From Lytechinus pictus (taxonomy: Eukaryota), in the NCBI RefSeq assembly GCF_037042905.1, contig NC_087246.1:1304001-1368000 (forward strand): DNA of 64,000 bases, written 5' to 3'. The number at the start of each line of letters is the position of its first letter. Position 1 is the stretch's first letter. This document shows positions 1-11,949 of the stretch, in pieces. The notes beneath the pieces were generated by a model. That model saw nothing but the letters and a program-made list of their open reading frames with translations. It ran no database searches and had not been told where the DNA came from. The position numbers were made by a program, and so were the translations under genes.

Positions 1-200
1 AATAAGAGTAGTGGGAAACCCTGGTGTAGTGGTCCACCTGCATTCCCCCAACCAGTTATATAGGGAGGAGACCTGCGGGTCACAGTTCTGTCAGCGCAAC
101 CTTCTAGGCGACCCTGATTGGCTGGCTGCTAAAAAAATGCGCCTTTGAATGTCTTTGACAGATATATGGCGCTATACAAATGCTGTGCATTATCATCATA
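1..200 (+). mobile_element. 3' part of a SINE (LINE2-type tail)
   Basis: Ends gcgcctttga...ggcgctatacaaatgctgtgcattatcatcat, the typical tail of invertebrate SINE2/L2 elements. Confidence 0.5.
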
Positions 201-390
201 TTTGCTCTTGATTGCAGATCGGATTGTTGTGGGGCCCTCATTGATACTTGAAGCTGATCCTTGGCTAATGCGCTTCTTGCTGTGGTTGACAAGTTTATCC
301 GTCTTGTTTAACATTTCTGGACTTTCTAGTGCTTTGTAACCTCCCCCCACCCTACTACACCATTTAGCTTAGAACCTGAACAATACCTAC

Positions 391-603
391 CTTGTCTACA
401 CACACTGCCCCTTGATCTGTCATCTTTAATTTGCTATCACTGAGGAAATCTGTTGCTGGGGTAACGCCTACTCCTAAGACACAGATATCTGCAGCTATCG
501 TCTGGCCGTCCTTGAGGATGACCTTCTTCAGTTTGCCCCCTTCACCTTTGAACTCTGACACACCGTTTTCCATTACAAATCGGACCCCTTTTGATTCAGC
601 AAG
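391..603 (-). CDS. AIFM3: AIFM3 coding exon 11 (LAESKGVRFVME...ADICVLGVGVTPATDFL...VCVDK)
   Basis: ttttccAG acceptor, AAG|GTAGGT donor; the gene continues beyond the window start. Confidence 0.93.
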
Positions 604-3600
604 CTGGAAAAAAATGAAAAAATTTACATGATAGAACACTATGCTAAGAGGACATAAAACAAGCAAGGAGAAGAGGGTACGCTTCAAGGGCGTAGATTTG
701 ATAAGGAAACCTGTTGTTTGGAGGGGAGGGGGAGGGGGGTAGACAGAATAATGTATCAATACCCATTGTTGGAATCGAGCTAAGTGAAGGAATGGGTAAA
801 GGGTGACAGCAGAGTGAAGTGAATCTGACCACCCTGGTCCATTGGAGATCAAGTCAGATGTAAGACTTTGAACCACTGACTCATTGATATATTGTACTAC
901 TAGTATATTGTACAAGATTCTCTTCATATAAAATATGAAATGTTGAAACAAACACATGAGAACACAAAATCATCAACTATCATCAATGATGTCGACAAGG
1001 CAAAGAAAACATCATACCACACTATATAGCACAGGATTCTTAGTGGCTGATATGATAAGAAAGGCTATATGCACTCTGGAGCGGGGATGGTTATCTTGAG
1101 GGATATACTGGTAATTCATTACTCAATTCACTTGAAAGATAAAACTACAATGACACATACCTTCTGCAATGCCTTGCCTACTTTCTCCCCTAATGAAGCC
1201 TTGTATGGTGCGGATCCTCTACCTATGACTGTAATACTAGCTGCTTTATCTGATAAATAAGCTGCTACCTCCATACCTGGTACGAATGACAGATGAAATC
1301 GGTGCTTAGTTATATATCATGAAAATCATAATTCCATTAAGATTTCTTAATCATCCTCTTGCTGTTGACAACAAGATTGCAAAGTTTATTATTCGTCAAA
1401 ATTTGATAAGGGTTATGGAAATTCACTCCTACTGCGCTATAATGAGAAGAAAAAAAACAGGGTATTTCAATCAGAACAAGAACAGGCCATTAGTTGTGTA
1501 TAAAATGGCCCTCATATAAGGAAACCACAAAATAAAAATAATGCATGCACGAAGCTGATGGACATAACTGCTGCCTAGATTCATGAACTATGATCTTGTT
1601 TACCTATAAATGAAGTTCCAACGATGACTACATTCTTTGCCTGTCCTATCTCTGCTATAGTATTACCATCCTCAGGGCTTCTTAGCAAGCATACACCATT
1701 AAGATCATTACCCGTTATGTTGAGTGTTCTAGGTCTGCAAACAAGTACAAATGGAATCAGTATTAGTATTTGGTAAACATGGTAAAAGCCCGGGGGGGCC
1801 ACTTCCATTGACGAGTGGATACCATGCCCGACCATGGGGTCTCGAAAAGCACCCTAAACACGTATTCTGAAAATGCACCCCTTAACAAGTATTGGCGTGT
1901 GAAACCCTACCCTTAACAAGTATTGGAAACAAAACAATACTCTTGCAAAGTATTCCCTGAATTGACCCCCTAAACAAGTACAGCGATTTTTTAATTATGT
2001 CACGGACGTCGGTCGTCAGTTTTACCTTTACCTACATCATTGGGTTTAGTACAGCCCCACATCTCGTGCTCTAAACACGTAGTGTTGACTATTGGGGCAA
2101 AAAGTACATCCTTTATAAAACACTTTAGTCTTAATTTTTTACACCCTCGCAAATTTGACCCTAAACACGTAGCTTTCTCAGCAAAATAGATACCCTTTTT
2201 TCATTATTTTAGTGTTTTTGACACCCTTATTACGTTACGTACGTAACGTGCCCAATCTTGAAAAAGACATCCTTTTTACATGTTTTTTTGGTCGCGCATG
2301 GTATCCACTCGCCAATGTAAGTGCCCCCCCCCCCCCGGGGGTAAAAGGCACATGTAATTATTTTAATCTTTGAGAATGACTTACTTTCCACCAGTAGCAA
2401 TGAGTAGGTTATCAAATGAGATGTTCTCTCCATCAAGGAAGGTTACTGAGTTGAGGACAGTGTCTACAGATGTTGCTTCTTTCTCTGTCATCATTGTGAT
2501 GTCATAAATGGTGAAGAAGTCTGCATTACGTAGTGTTAATGATTCTGGTTTGGAGTTCATTGCCTGTCAAATAAAAACATATACAGATGTTTTATTGATT
2601 GTCTTATTCTCTTATTTTTTTGTAGCTAAAATATTTCAACTTTTCTTTTTCCTTTTTTCATAAAAAAGAGTGAAATGGAAAAAAAAGTTATAGATTATGC
2701 TTGATGCTGATAATTACTCTTATGATAGCCAGGGGCCGCACCACAAGGGAGGGGTAATCGTCTCACCATGATTTTTTCAAGAAGTGAAAGAAAAAAAAAA
2801 GAAAGATAAATAAAAAGAAAAAAGATAGCGAGAAGTGGAAGAAAGAAGATTTTAAAAAGAGAGGTTTGAACTCTATAACACCCCTATAAATCAATTACAT
2901 AAAAAATGGTGTAACTGTAAGGAAGTATCTCCCCATCGCCCCCCCCCCCCCGCGCCAATCCTGATGATAGCAAATATGAAAATAAGGTATATTTTTTGAA
3001 AACTTGAGGAGAAATGCTTTTTAAAGACACAATTCCATAAAAATACATTTCATAATATAAATCAAGAACAACTTTAAACAGGAATTTTTACTGCATCTTA
3101 AGGGTGATTTATTCCCAAAATGTATTTTAACAAGGCCCTCATAGGCTAAGTGGTTTCAGTAAACAATGCAATTTTAGGCCCATATTTTAAAAGAGGTTTC
3201 AATTGCACCATAATACAAAACCATGGACTATGCAGATTTCTCATAAATAATTACACTTATTTCATAGAGTACAGTAAGAAAAGTTCAAATATTAATGTTT
3301 GCCTTCGGCAAATGGCGCTTGACAGAAGAGTGATTTAATTCAAGAAGAGAATGTAACCAGAAGAATGAGGTTGGCCTTTGATAGAAATATTCATTTTTAC
3401 AATAGAAATGCATGGAATATTACAAATGTCCTAAAAAAAAAAACTAAAATGACTGACAGAATTGCCAATTTGTCTTTCATTGATCATCTGATAAAAAACA
3501 ATTAGATTTGTAAAATTTACCATATTTTCCTCATTTTTTTAAAACCAGCATTATCACTCAGATCTTGAATTAGTAGATAAGACTTTTCCATTGTCCATCT

Positions 3601-6600
3601 CAATCAAAAGGAATTTTTTTTACCTTGCTGAGTTTGGGTCTATCATAAGGAAGATGTTTTTCTTTGGTTGCTATGATGACTTGACCTTTGAACCCTTCTT
3701 GTCGTAACGTTTCTGCACATGTGATTGATGCTGCACCTGTTCAATGAGAAGATTTGTAAATAAAATGTAAAATAAAGATGATAAATGCAAGATGAAACAC
3801 ATTACCAACTAAGTTTATTCGGTAAATTGCCAACTCGTTCACTCACCACATGGTCTACCTTCATTTAGTCTAATGCCATCCCGTCTATTGAAAGTTTGTC
3901 TAACAACCATTTGGTCTAATAACCATTTGGTCCAATCATCTCTTCGTCTAATCAACAGCTTGTCTATATCCATTTTGTCTAATACCCATTTTCTTTTCAT
4001 TCATTTCGACCAATTAACACTATTCCAATTAGACCAAATGGTTTATGGACTAAATTGCTATTGGATCAACTGGTTATTAGACAAAATGGTGAGTGGACAA
4101 AATGGCAATTAGACCATGTGGATAGTGGACAAATTGATGATAGACTAAATGATAGTAGACGAGTTGGTAATGAGATGAATTGGCATTAGACCAATTGGAA
4201 ATAAACCGTTTATTCTCTACAGACCTCTCTACAGATAATTTTATTTCAATTTTTAAAAAAATAAAACTTTTGGTCTCCATGAGAGGATTCACTCAAATTC
4301 AAAATCAAATATTACGCAACAAAATGTAAACCATGATTAGATCACAATGTTTATGATAATGATTACAAATCAGATTGAACTTACTTACTCTCATCAGAGA
4401 TGGCATTGGTACAAACGAACCTTTATGACATTAAAAAAACATAGACAGGAATTCTGTCAGTCTGCAATAAATCATCATAAAAATGACTTTGTTTAAATTT
4501 CTGAAAATACATCTTCATTTATTGCCTTTAATAGTTGGTTGATTATCCAAATAAATCTTTTGACCTAACACCCTGGAAGTTGCTGGGGACTGTTCTACTT
4601 ACCACCACCAATAATAAGAACAGTCTTATCATCATCTGGTGATCTTGTACACATCTTCTTTACCCTCTTATGGGAAGCTAACTCCTATAAAGATGGTAAA
4701 GGAAATGAGAGAGGGAGTCAGAAGAAGAGAGAAAGGGTGATATATATAGAGTGAGTATATAGAGAGAAGGGGGAGGGGGTTAAAGAGAAATATGGACACA
4801 CACACACACACACAGACAGGGAAAGACAGACAGACAAATGGAGAAGGAGAGATGGGGATGTGTAACAAAAATGTAGTGACAGATACGACAAATAAAACGT
4901 ACATGACATATTGCTGTATTATGTTACATATGTTGTGTAAAATAATATTGCCTGCTAATTTCATAAAGGCCTTTCAAATTTAACTTTCCTGGTAGTATTT
5001 ATGATACAAGATACTTTGGGCGACCATTTTCATGTTATGCTCCCAGCAAATATTATCCCAAAAAAAATGTTGAAAGTTATTTTTTATTGACTACCGGTAT
5101 ACATATACCTCTCTTATCATTCCTATATCAGTGTATTCAATTCTTTGTTTATGTTCGTAATACTTCTTAACAAAGAGCAAGACTGAAAATGAAATTTTAC
5201 AAATGACATGGGTTTTACCTTTGAGTTTCCACTGACTATTACTTTATCACCATCTATCCTGACCTGAAAAGAAATAACAAAAATGGAGCTGGAATCAAAT
5301 TTAAGAATGCAAAAATCAAAGTAATAAAATAAAGTAGATATATCACTACATGAGATAAATACCCCTGCCCAATCATGATAAATATACAATATGTCATTAC
5401 TAGACAACATAGTACCCGACACATCTAAACAATGTATCCTGGATGTTTTGCATCCAAAAACCAAACTGTGTGACAAGTCTCATGAGCATTCAGCTGAAAA
5501 TGAGGAAATAGTTTGATCCGTAATATTTGCAATGGACGGCAGACCATCCATAATTTTCAAGACTTTCATAAGAAAAACATAATTATCTCTTCTCCCTAAA
5601 ATAGAGTGTAAAAAACTTACTTCAGATAATCAAGGAATTTCAAGATATGCAAAATAGCCAAAATAAATAGTTATGATCTTAAAGTCACTAAAGGATACAA
5701 GTAAGCCAATCTTTATGAGCAGGTGGTCTCCATGGACAGGTTCATGCAATACATGTTTCAATTTTGAAAATTATTCAATGGAATCAAACTTGTGGTTTTT
5801 ACCGACAGGTGGTCCTATAGTTGGCTGACTATACTATTTTGATCTCTATCATCTGTATTGTTACACTCACCTCATATTTAGGAACACTATCAAGACCTGG
5901 GAAGTCTTCTATATCTCCTGTCTTAGTACTGAAACATGCTCCATGCCATGGACATCTTACACGACCATTACATAATGCACCTATATTGGGAATATTTACA
6001 TCAAGTACATATCAATAAACACAACACTTGAAGTGAAAATAAAATTATAGCTTGATAACTAGTACAAAGGAAGGAAATATCAATTACTACAATATAAGGA
6101 AAAGAAATGGGGATTTTTTTTTCAGAACTAATTTTTTAAGCTCACCGCCCAATATAATACATTGTATTACATTTCACATTAGACCCTGTGTAATTTAGAC
6201 CATATGCAAATTCTTTTAAAATAATTTCCAGGGCTTGTAGGGCATTTTAGGGGTGAATTTGCCCCTAGCCACCACATAATGTTTCCCTGGAAAGAAATGT
6301 GCACCACAGTGAATACATTTATGTCCTATAGCATTGAACTTGCCTAAGTTTTTAACAATGAGAACTATAAGATAATATACTATACCTACCTTTGACCAAT
6401 GGTGCACCATAGTGAGTACATTTATGTCCTATAGCACTGAACTCGCCTAACTCTTTAACAAGAAGAGCTTTGCCTTTTCCTACATCCACCTCTCTCATTC
6501 TGAAAAAGAATTAGAATAAGGCATTCCTATATTCTCAACTTGGATTTCACTTAAGGACGTTCCACAGTTAAAGCGAAGTCCATGTCATTTTCACCAAATT

Positions 6601-9600
6601 TTGCAGAGAGTTACTTTGGTATCTATGCATTATGAAAATGCGAAAATTAATATAGGTTCATGTGCTTATTTTTTTTCTACGGGTCTTCAAAGTCGCCGTA
6701 TTTGAATGACATGCAATCTTGCGCAATCAAGAGAATCATGCCTCTCTTAGACCTCACGAATTCACCAAATGAGTTTTAATCATCTTTACTCAGTGGATAC
6801 CGCATCAAACTTCATCAAATTTTCAAGATATATAGCAAAGTGTATACCAAAGTAAGAGAAAGTCTTTTAATTGGTAAAACTATATCAATTTGGAGTCAGC
6901 AGCGCCCTCATTTGGCAAGAATGGTGCAAAAACTCGGGAAAAAAATCTTCAAAGACGTGAATCTACTCAAAAATTAAAAAGTATTTTGTAAGCTGCACTT
7001 TTTTCAAAATCCATGTCATTTTCATCAAATTCGGATAAATTGTAGAGGAATGCATATCGAAGGTGTAGGGATGTTGAAAATATGGGGTCCATGTGCTCGT
7101 TTTTTAACTATGAGTGTCCAAAGTGATGCGAGTTGGCATGAAAATCGCCGAAAATGCGTCCAAAACGTGCAAAAGTCTAATAATATAGTCTAAAATGCGA
7201 ATGGTTCCGTAGTTTTGCCCCCAAACATTCAAAATCCATGTCATTTTCGTCATACTATCTAGATTTGTAGAAGAATATATTATGAAGACATTAAAATATG
7301 GGGTCCATGTGCTCGTTTTTAAACTATTGGTGTCCCAAGTGTTACAAGTTGGCTTGAAAATCGCGTAAAAAGCGCCAAAAACAGGCAAAAGTCTCTTAAT
7401 ACATTTTAAAATGCAAATGGTTCCATATTTCGCTCCCAAACATTCAAAATCCATGTCATTTTCATCATACTCTCTAGATTTGTAGAGGAATATATTCTAA
7501 AGGCATTAAAATATTAAAAGTATGGGGTCCATGTGCTCGTTTTTAAACTAGCAGTGTCCAAATTGTAGCGAGTTGGCTTGAAAATATTGAAATCCACCTA
7601 AAATGCGCCGAAAACGTGCAAAAGTCTAATAGAATTATATCGTCTAAAATGTGAATGGTTCCTTAGTTCTGCTCCCAAACATTCAAAATCCATGTCATTT
7701 TCATCATACTCTCTAGATTTGTAAAGGAATATATTTTAAAGAACTCAGGATATTTAATCAATGGGGTCCATGTGCTCGTTATCAAACTATCAGTGTCTAA
7801 ATTATTGCGAGTTTGCTTGAAACAGCCCAAAATGCGCCGAACACAAGTAAAGTCTGATAATACCATCCAAAATGTATAAAATACAAATGTTCCTTAGTCC
7901 TGCTCCCAAACATTCAAAATCCATGTCATTTTCATCATACTCTCTAGATTTGTAGAGGAATATATTTTGAAGAAGTCAAGACATTTAAACTATGGGGTCC
8001 ATGTGCTCGTTTTCAAATTATCAGTGTCCAAATTATAGCGAGTTGGCTTGAAACAGTCCAAAATGCGCCGAAAACAAGCAAAAGTCTGTTAATACTGTCT
8101 AAAATGCAAATGGTTCCGTAGTCTTGCTCCCAAACATTAAAAATCCATGTCATTTTCATCATACTTTGCACATAGATACTTTAGCACCTGAATATTCAAA
8201 TTATGCAAAAATTACCGTGGGTCTATGTGCTCGATTTTTTGCTATAGAGCTTCAAAGTTCACCCAAATGGATGTTCTTAAGAATTGCGCATCCAAAAGAA
8301 TTTGGCATTTTTTAGACCTCACGAGATCACAACAATGAGTTTAAAGCTCTATTACTCAGTCAAAATCCATGAAAATTTCATCAAATTTTGCAATATGATT
8401 AATAATTGTATCCGTAAGATGGATAATCTATTTATATTGCTGTCAATTGTTTGCTCATTTAAGTCTAACAACACTCTCAGTTCTTAGAAATTGCAGGAAA
8501 GATACTCAACCTCAAAAATGTGAAATTCCAATAACAAACTTGAGAAGTAAAAGAAATGCTGCACTTTCTTCAAAACCCATGTCATTTTCATCAAACTTTG
8601 CAAAGTTGTAGAGGAAGGTATACCTAAGAGGTGCAAACATTACAAAATATGGGTTCATGTGCTTGCTTTCAAACTATCAGCACTCTTATTAGAGCAAATT
8701 TGCTTCTTAAAACACCCCAGAACGCGCCAAAAGCTTTGTATCTAATAGGAAAAATTCCGAACCACTTTTCCATTTATTCAAACTCGGGGTCATATTCATC
8801 ATACTTTGCAGCACTATACAGAGAAACTATTTTGAAATTGAAGAGGAATAAAAAACAAGTGGAATGCCTCTGGCCGTCTCACCTGCATCACGCGATTCAA
8901 TATAGCAGCAGTGCTGATTTTGAAAACTACTATAACTCGCACAAGATGTTCAGTGATACTTGGTTACTCTTATTTCCACGTTTTATGAACTAGACCAATA
9001 CACTTATAGAGATATGATGGCAATTCAACAAATACCCCCAACGTGGCCAAAGTTCTTTGACCTTACATGACCTTTGACCTTGATCATGTGACCTGAAACT
9101 CGCACAGGATGTTCAGTGATACTTGATTACTATTATGTCCAAGTTTTATGAACTAGACCAACACACTTTCAAATTTATGGCTGTAATTCAACAAATACCC
9201 CAATTTGGCCAAAGTTCATTGACCCTAAATGACCTTTCACCTTGATCATGTGACCTGAAACTTGCACAGGATGTTCAGTACTTGATTACTATTATGTCCA
9301 AGTTTCATGAATCAGATCCATAAACTTTCAAAGTTATGATGGTAATTCAACAGATACCCCCAATTCGGCCAAAGTTCATTGACCCTAAATGACCTTTGAC
9401 CTTGGTCATGTGACGTGAAACTCATGCAGGATGTTCAGTGATACTTGATTAACCTTATGTTTAAGTTTCATGAACTAGGTCCATATATTTTCTAAGTTAT
9501 GATGACATTTCAAAAACTTAACCTTAGGTTAAGATTTTGATGTTGATTCCCTCAACATGGTCTAAGTTCATTGACCCTAAATGACCTTTGACCTTGGTCA

Positions 9601-11949
9601 TGTGACATGAAACTCAGGCAGGATGTTCAGTAATACTTGATTAACCTTATGGCCAAGTTTCATGAACTAGGTCCACATACTTTCTAAGTTATGCTGTCAT
9701 TTCAAAAACTTAACCTCAGGTTAAGATTTGGTGTTGACGCCGCCGCCGCCGCCGTCGGAAAAGCGGCGCCTATAGTCTCACTCTGCTATGCAGGTGAGAC
9801 AAAAATGGTCCATGGAATAATTCCACTTTATTAGCTTCATAAAATAACACATCGGATCTGCAGTTTGTGCAGGTAGGAGAAAAATCAGCTCACATTACCT
9901 ACAGCTGATTAAGCACCAGTTCATCCATTGTGACGTCAGCGCGCAGAGTGTAAAATATGCGCAGATCAAGATGCGCACAAACATAACTGTGGAACGTCCT
10001 TAGATTCTGGTTTAAAGTTATGACTAAACCAAGGAGATATCACTCTTTGACTAAACCAAGGAGATATCACTCTTTGACTAAACCATGGACAGTCAATTGT
10101 GACACAAATCTTCAAACGTACAGATTCAACTACTCAGTTCACTTGACACTTAAATCAGTCAAACATGCCATGAAATAACAACTAAATTAAGTTTCCTCAT
10201 CTATGGAAGCATGAACAAGTAAACAAGAAATGCACCCTGCAAACCAAATTTTAACATTTTTCAGCACAGGGTTAGACCATTTTCTATTTTAAAGTTAAAC
10301 CAGACTTCAGAATACGGACCATATAGATTTGACAAAGTGAATACCGGGAGAGTAAGGTGTAGTAATAAATATACTCTAAAGATGTGAAAAATAAATGAAA
10401 AGATATCAACTATATTATGAAGAGATATTAACTATTATTATGAAAAGATATTAACTATAAGGATAGCATACTTACTCTCCGTCTTTCATGTCATCCACCT
10501 TACAAACAACAGACTCCACGTCTAAGACCTTGCTTGGTTTGATAGCTGCAGGACCAGGACCGGTCCTATAAGCCCCACCTCCACCACCACCACCACCACC
10601 TGTTGTGACCTTGACATCACCTGTATGGGAGGAGTCACCAGGGGGTGTAGGGGAGTGGGCGGGGTCAGAGTGAAGGGGAGTAGTGGAAGGTAGTGTTGAA
10701 TCCTGATGATGATTGGTATGTGAATCAGTAGGGTGTACTATACTCATGCATTACATAACATGCATTTCATAATGGATGAATGGAAATAAATCATGTTCAT
10801 ATGGTACCAAAAGACGAAGACAAATTAAAAGACCCAATATTGTAATGTATACAAGTACATGATGTGTTCAAATAACCATTAAGCAATCAATAATTCCATA
10901 CAATGGAGGACAAATGAGTATGTTACAAAACGAAAATTGATAATATTCACAACAATAGTTTTGCCAGAATAATGGATAATGTGAGTGTTTAAGTGTGCGC
11001 AATGAGTCATTGAATATGTTACCATAATTTTGAACAGCAAATATTCATTAAAATGTGATCATACAGTATTGAATTGAACAAATGAAAAAAATACCATTAT
11101 ACCAATGAGATTATAATCCATAAAATGATAATGAAACATGCACAATGAGAGTGACAGTGCTCATATAATAAGTGGCATATGATGACAAGTACCAATTATC
11201 ATTCACCAATGATAAATTCAAAGTGAAATAAAGATATGAAGTTGGGAAGAAGAAAATAAAGGTGAGCATGTTAATATCTTCCTTCTTTATTCCTGAACAG
11301 TATACAGTATATGTATAATCTTTTTTTGTAAAAATACTGCAGAGATTCACATTAAGAAATATAGAAAATTCCAAACATAATAATAAAATGGAAGATTTCA
11401 GTATAGTTTTCAAACATTCCATAGAGAATTCATCCAAAATTTTCTTAACATATTGTATTTTGAATTGATTTTGACAATAGATCCTGACATAAAATAGCCT
11501 CTTCATATGTATACTAAGTGCCTGGATCTTTCATCTGGGTTGTTTTATTCACCAAAATATTATTTCCATCTTATTTTCATATGATATTTTACTCACATGC
11601 CCACTAACAGGTGAATTATCTTCTACAGACTAAATTTCATTCAAATATATCAAGCCCAATATACATGGAATGGTTTGCTAGCACATAATGATGTCTGTTT
11701 CCGTCCATCTAAATATAATCCTTTCAACAGAAATTAAAGACCTACTTTATTTCTTGAGCTATAGATAAAAAGCATAGATAAGTTTTGATTGGTTTACTAA
11801 TTTTTGAATAAAATCATTAATATTATTATTGAGAAAACAAGTTTCTTTGGATTAAAATTCAAATGAATCATTGATTAAAGATCACAGAGAAACAAAAGTA
11901 ACTGCTTACCTTGCCTCACTGTACCATCTTTAGATGCACACCCACCCAT
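391..11949 (-). CDS. AIFM3: Apoptosis-inducing factor 3-like Rieske 2Fe-2S / pyridine nucleotide-disulfide oxidoreductase, 3'-partial; complement(join(391..603,1161..1276,1604..1734,2385..2563,3624..3736,4603..4684,5219..5263,5871..5980,6390..6499,10476..10620,11910..11949)), 428 codons in window
   Basis: All introns GT-AG with matching phases. N-terminus MGGCASK; Rieske ligands CTH (GHKCTHYGAPL) and CPWHG; FAD-binding LIIGGGAA; PYDRPKLSK; ATGG; NAD-binding VIVGTSFIGMEVA. This domain order is the known AIFM3 architecture. Confidence 0.93.
1161..1276 (-). CDS. AIFM3: AIFM3 coding exon 10 (GMEVAAYLSDKAASITVIGRGSAPYKASLGEKVGKALQK)
   Basis: accAG acceptor, AAG|GTATGT donor. Confidence 0.92.
1604..1734 (-). 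CDS. AIFM3: AIFM3 coding exon 9 (PRTLNITGNDLNGVCLLRSPED...VVIVGTSFI)
   Basis: ttgcAG acceptor, G|GTAAAC donor; NAD-binding motif start. Confidence 0.93.
1789..2339. mobile_element. MITE with CCCGGG/poly-G termini, 8-bp TSD GGTAAAAG
   Basis: TSD at 1781-1788 and 2340-2347; inverted termini. Confidence 0.85.
2385..2563 (-). CDS. AIFM3: AIFM3 coding exon 8 (AMNSKPESLTLRNADFF...FDNLLIATGG)
   Basis: gacAG acceptor, AA|GTAAGT donor; ATG(G) motif of flavoprotein reductases. Confidence 0.92.
3624..3736 (-). CDS. AIFM3: AIFM3 coding exon 7 (GAASITCAETLRQEGFKGQVIIATKEKHLPYDRPKLSK)
   Basis: aacAG acceptor, AAG|GTA donor; PYDRPKLSK motif. Confidence 0.93.
3821..4207. mobile_element. Foldback-type MITE with opposed TGGTCTAAT/ATTAGACCA arrays, 8-bp TSD GTTTATTC
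   Basis: TSD at 3813-3820 and 4208-4215; truncated relative at about 25978-26260. Confidence 0.75.
4603..4684 (-). CDS. AIFM3: AIFM3 coding exon 6 (ELASHKRVKKMCTRSPDDDKTVLIIGG)
   Basis: tttatAG acceptor, G|GTAAGT donor; start of the FAD-binding Rossmann motif. Confidence 0.9.
5219..5263 (-). CDS. AIFM3: AIFM3 coding exon 5 (VRIDGDKVIVSGNSK)
   Basis: ttttcAG acceptor, AAG|GTAAAA donor, phase 0/0. Confidence 0.88.
5871..5980 (-). CDS. AIFM3: AIFM3 coding exon 4 (GALCNGRVRCPWHGACFSTKTGDIEDFPGLDSVPKYE)
   Basis: AG acceptor, GAG|GTGAGT donor; Rieske box 2 CPWH. Confidence 0.93.
6390..6499 (-). CDS. AIFM3: AIFM3 coding exon 3 (MREVDVGKGKALLVKELGEFSAIGHKCTHYGAPLVK)
   Basis: ttttcAG acceptor, G|GTAGGT donor; Rieske box 1 CxH. 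Confidence 0.93.
6554..10000. mobile_element. 3.45-kb non-autonomous DNA transposon, perfect 17-bp TIR AGGACGTTCCACAGTTA, TA TSD, internal ~230-bp tandem repeats
   Basis: TIRs at 6554-6570 and 9984-10000; TA at 6552-6553 and 10001-10002; recurring unit aaaatccatgtcattttcatc...tatggggtccatgtgctcg. Confidence 0.85.
8854..9805 (+). mobile_element. Helentron-associated non-autonomous element (HINE/DINE-1-like) with ~140-bp tandem core
   Basis: AACAAG end; subterminal inverted repeat GTCTCACCTGCAT (8875) / ATGCAGGTGAGAC (9788); terminal hairpin; (GCC)n; TGACCTTTGACCTT core repeats; inserted in an A/T run with no TSD. Confidence 0.75.
10476..10620 (-). CDS. AIFM3: AIFM3 coding exon 2 (Gly-rich linker, start of Rieske domain VCKVDDMKDGE)
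   Basis: Acceptor cccatacAG at 10621-10622, phase 1; donor GA|GTAAGT; an alternative in-phase acceptor would start the exon at 10545. Confidence 0.8.
11910..11949 (-). CDS. AIFM3: AIFM3 first coding exon (MGGCASKDGTVRQ/G)
   Basis: ATG at 11949 with an in-frame upstream TAA; donor AG|GTAAGC at 11909; strong acceptor (tctctctcacag) puts the exon start at 12026. Confidence 0.82.

Noticed and set aside
604..957. N-terminal part of the 197-aa ORF 364..957
   Set aside because: Intronic read-through; only 391-603 is bounded by splice sites and resembles AIFM3.
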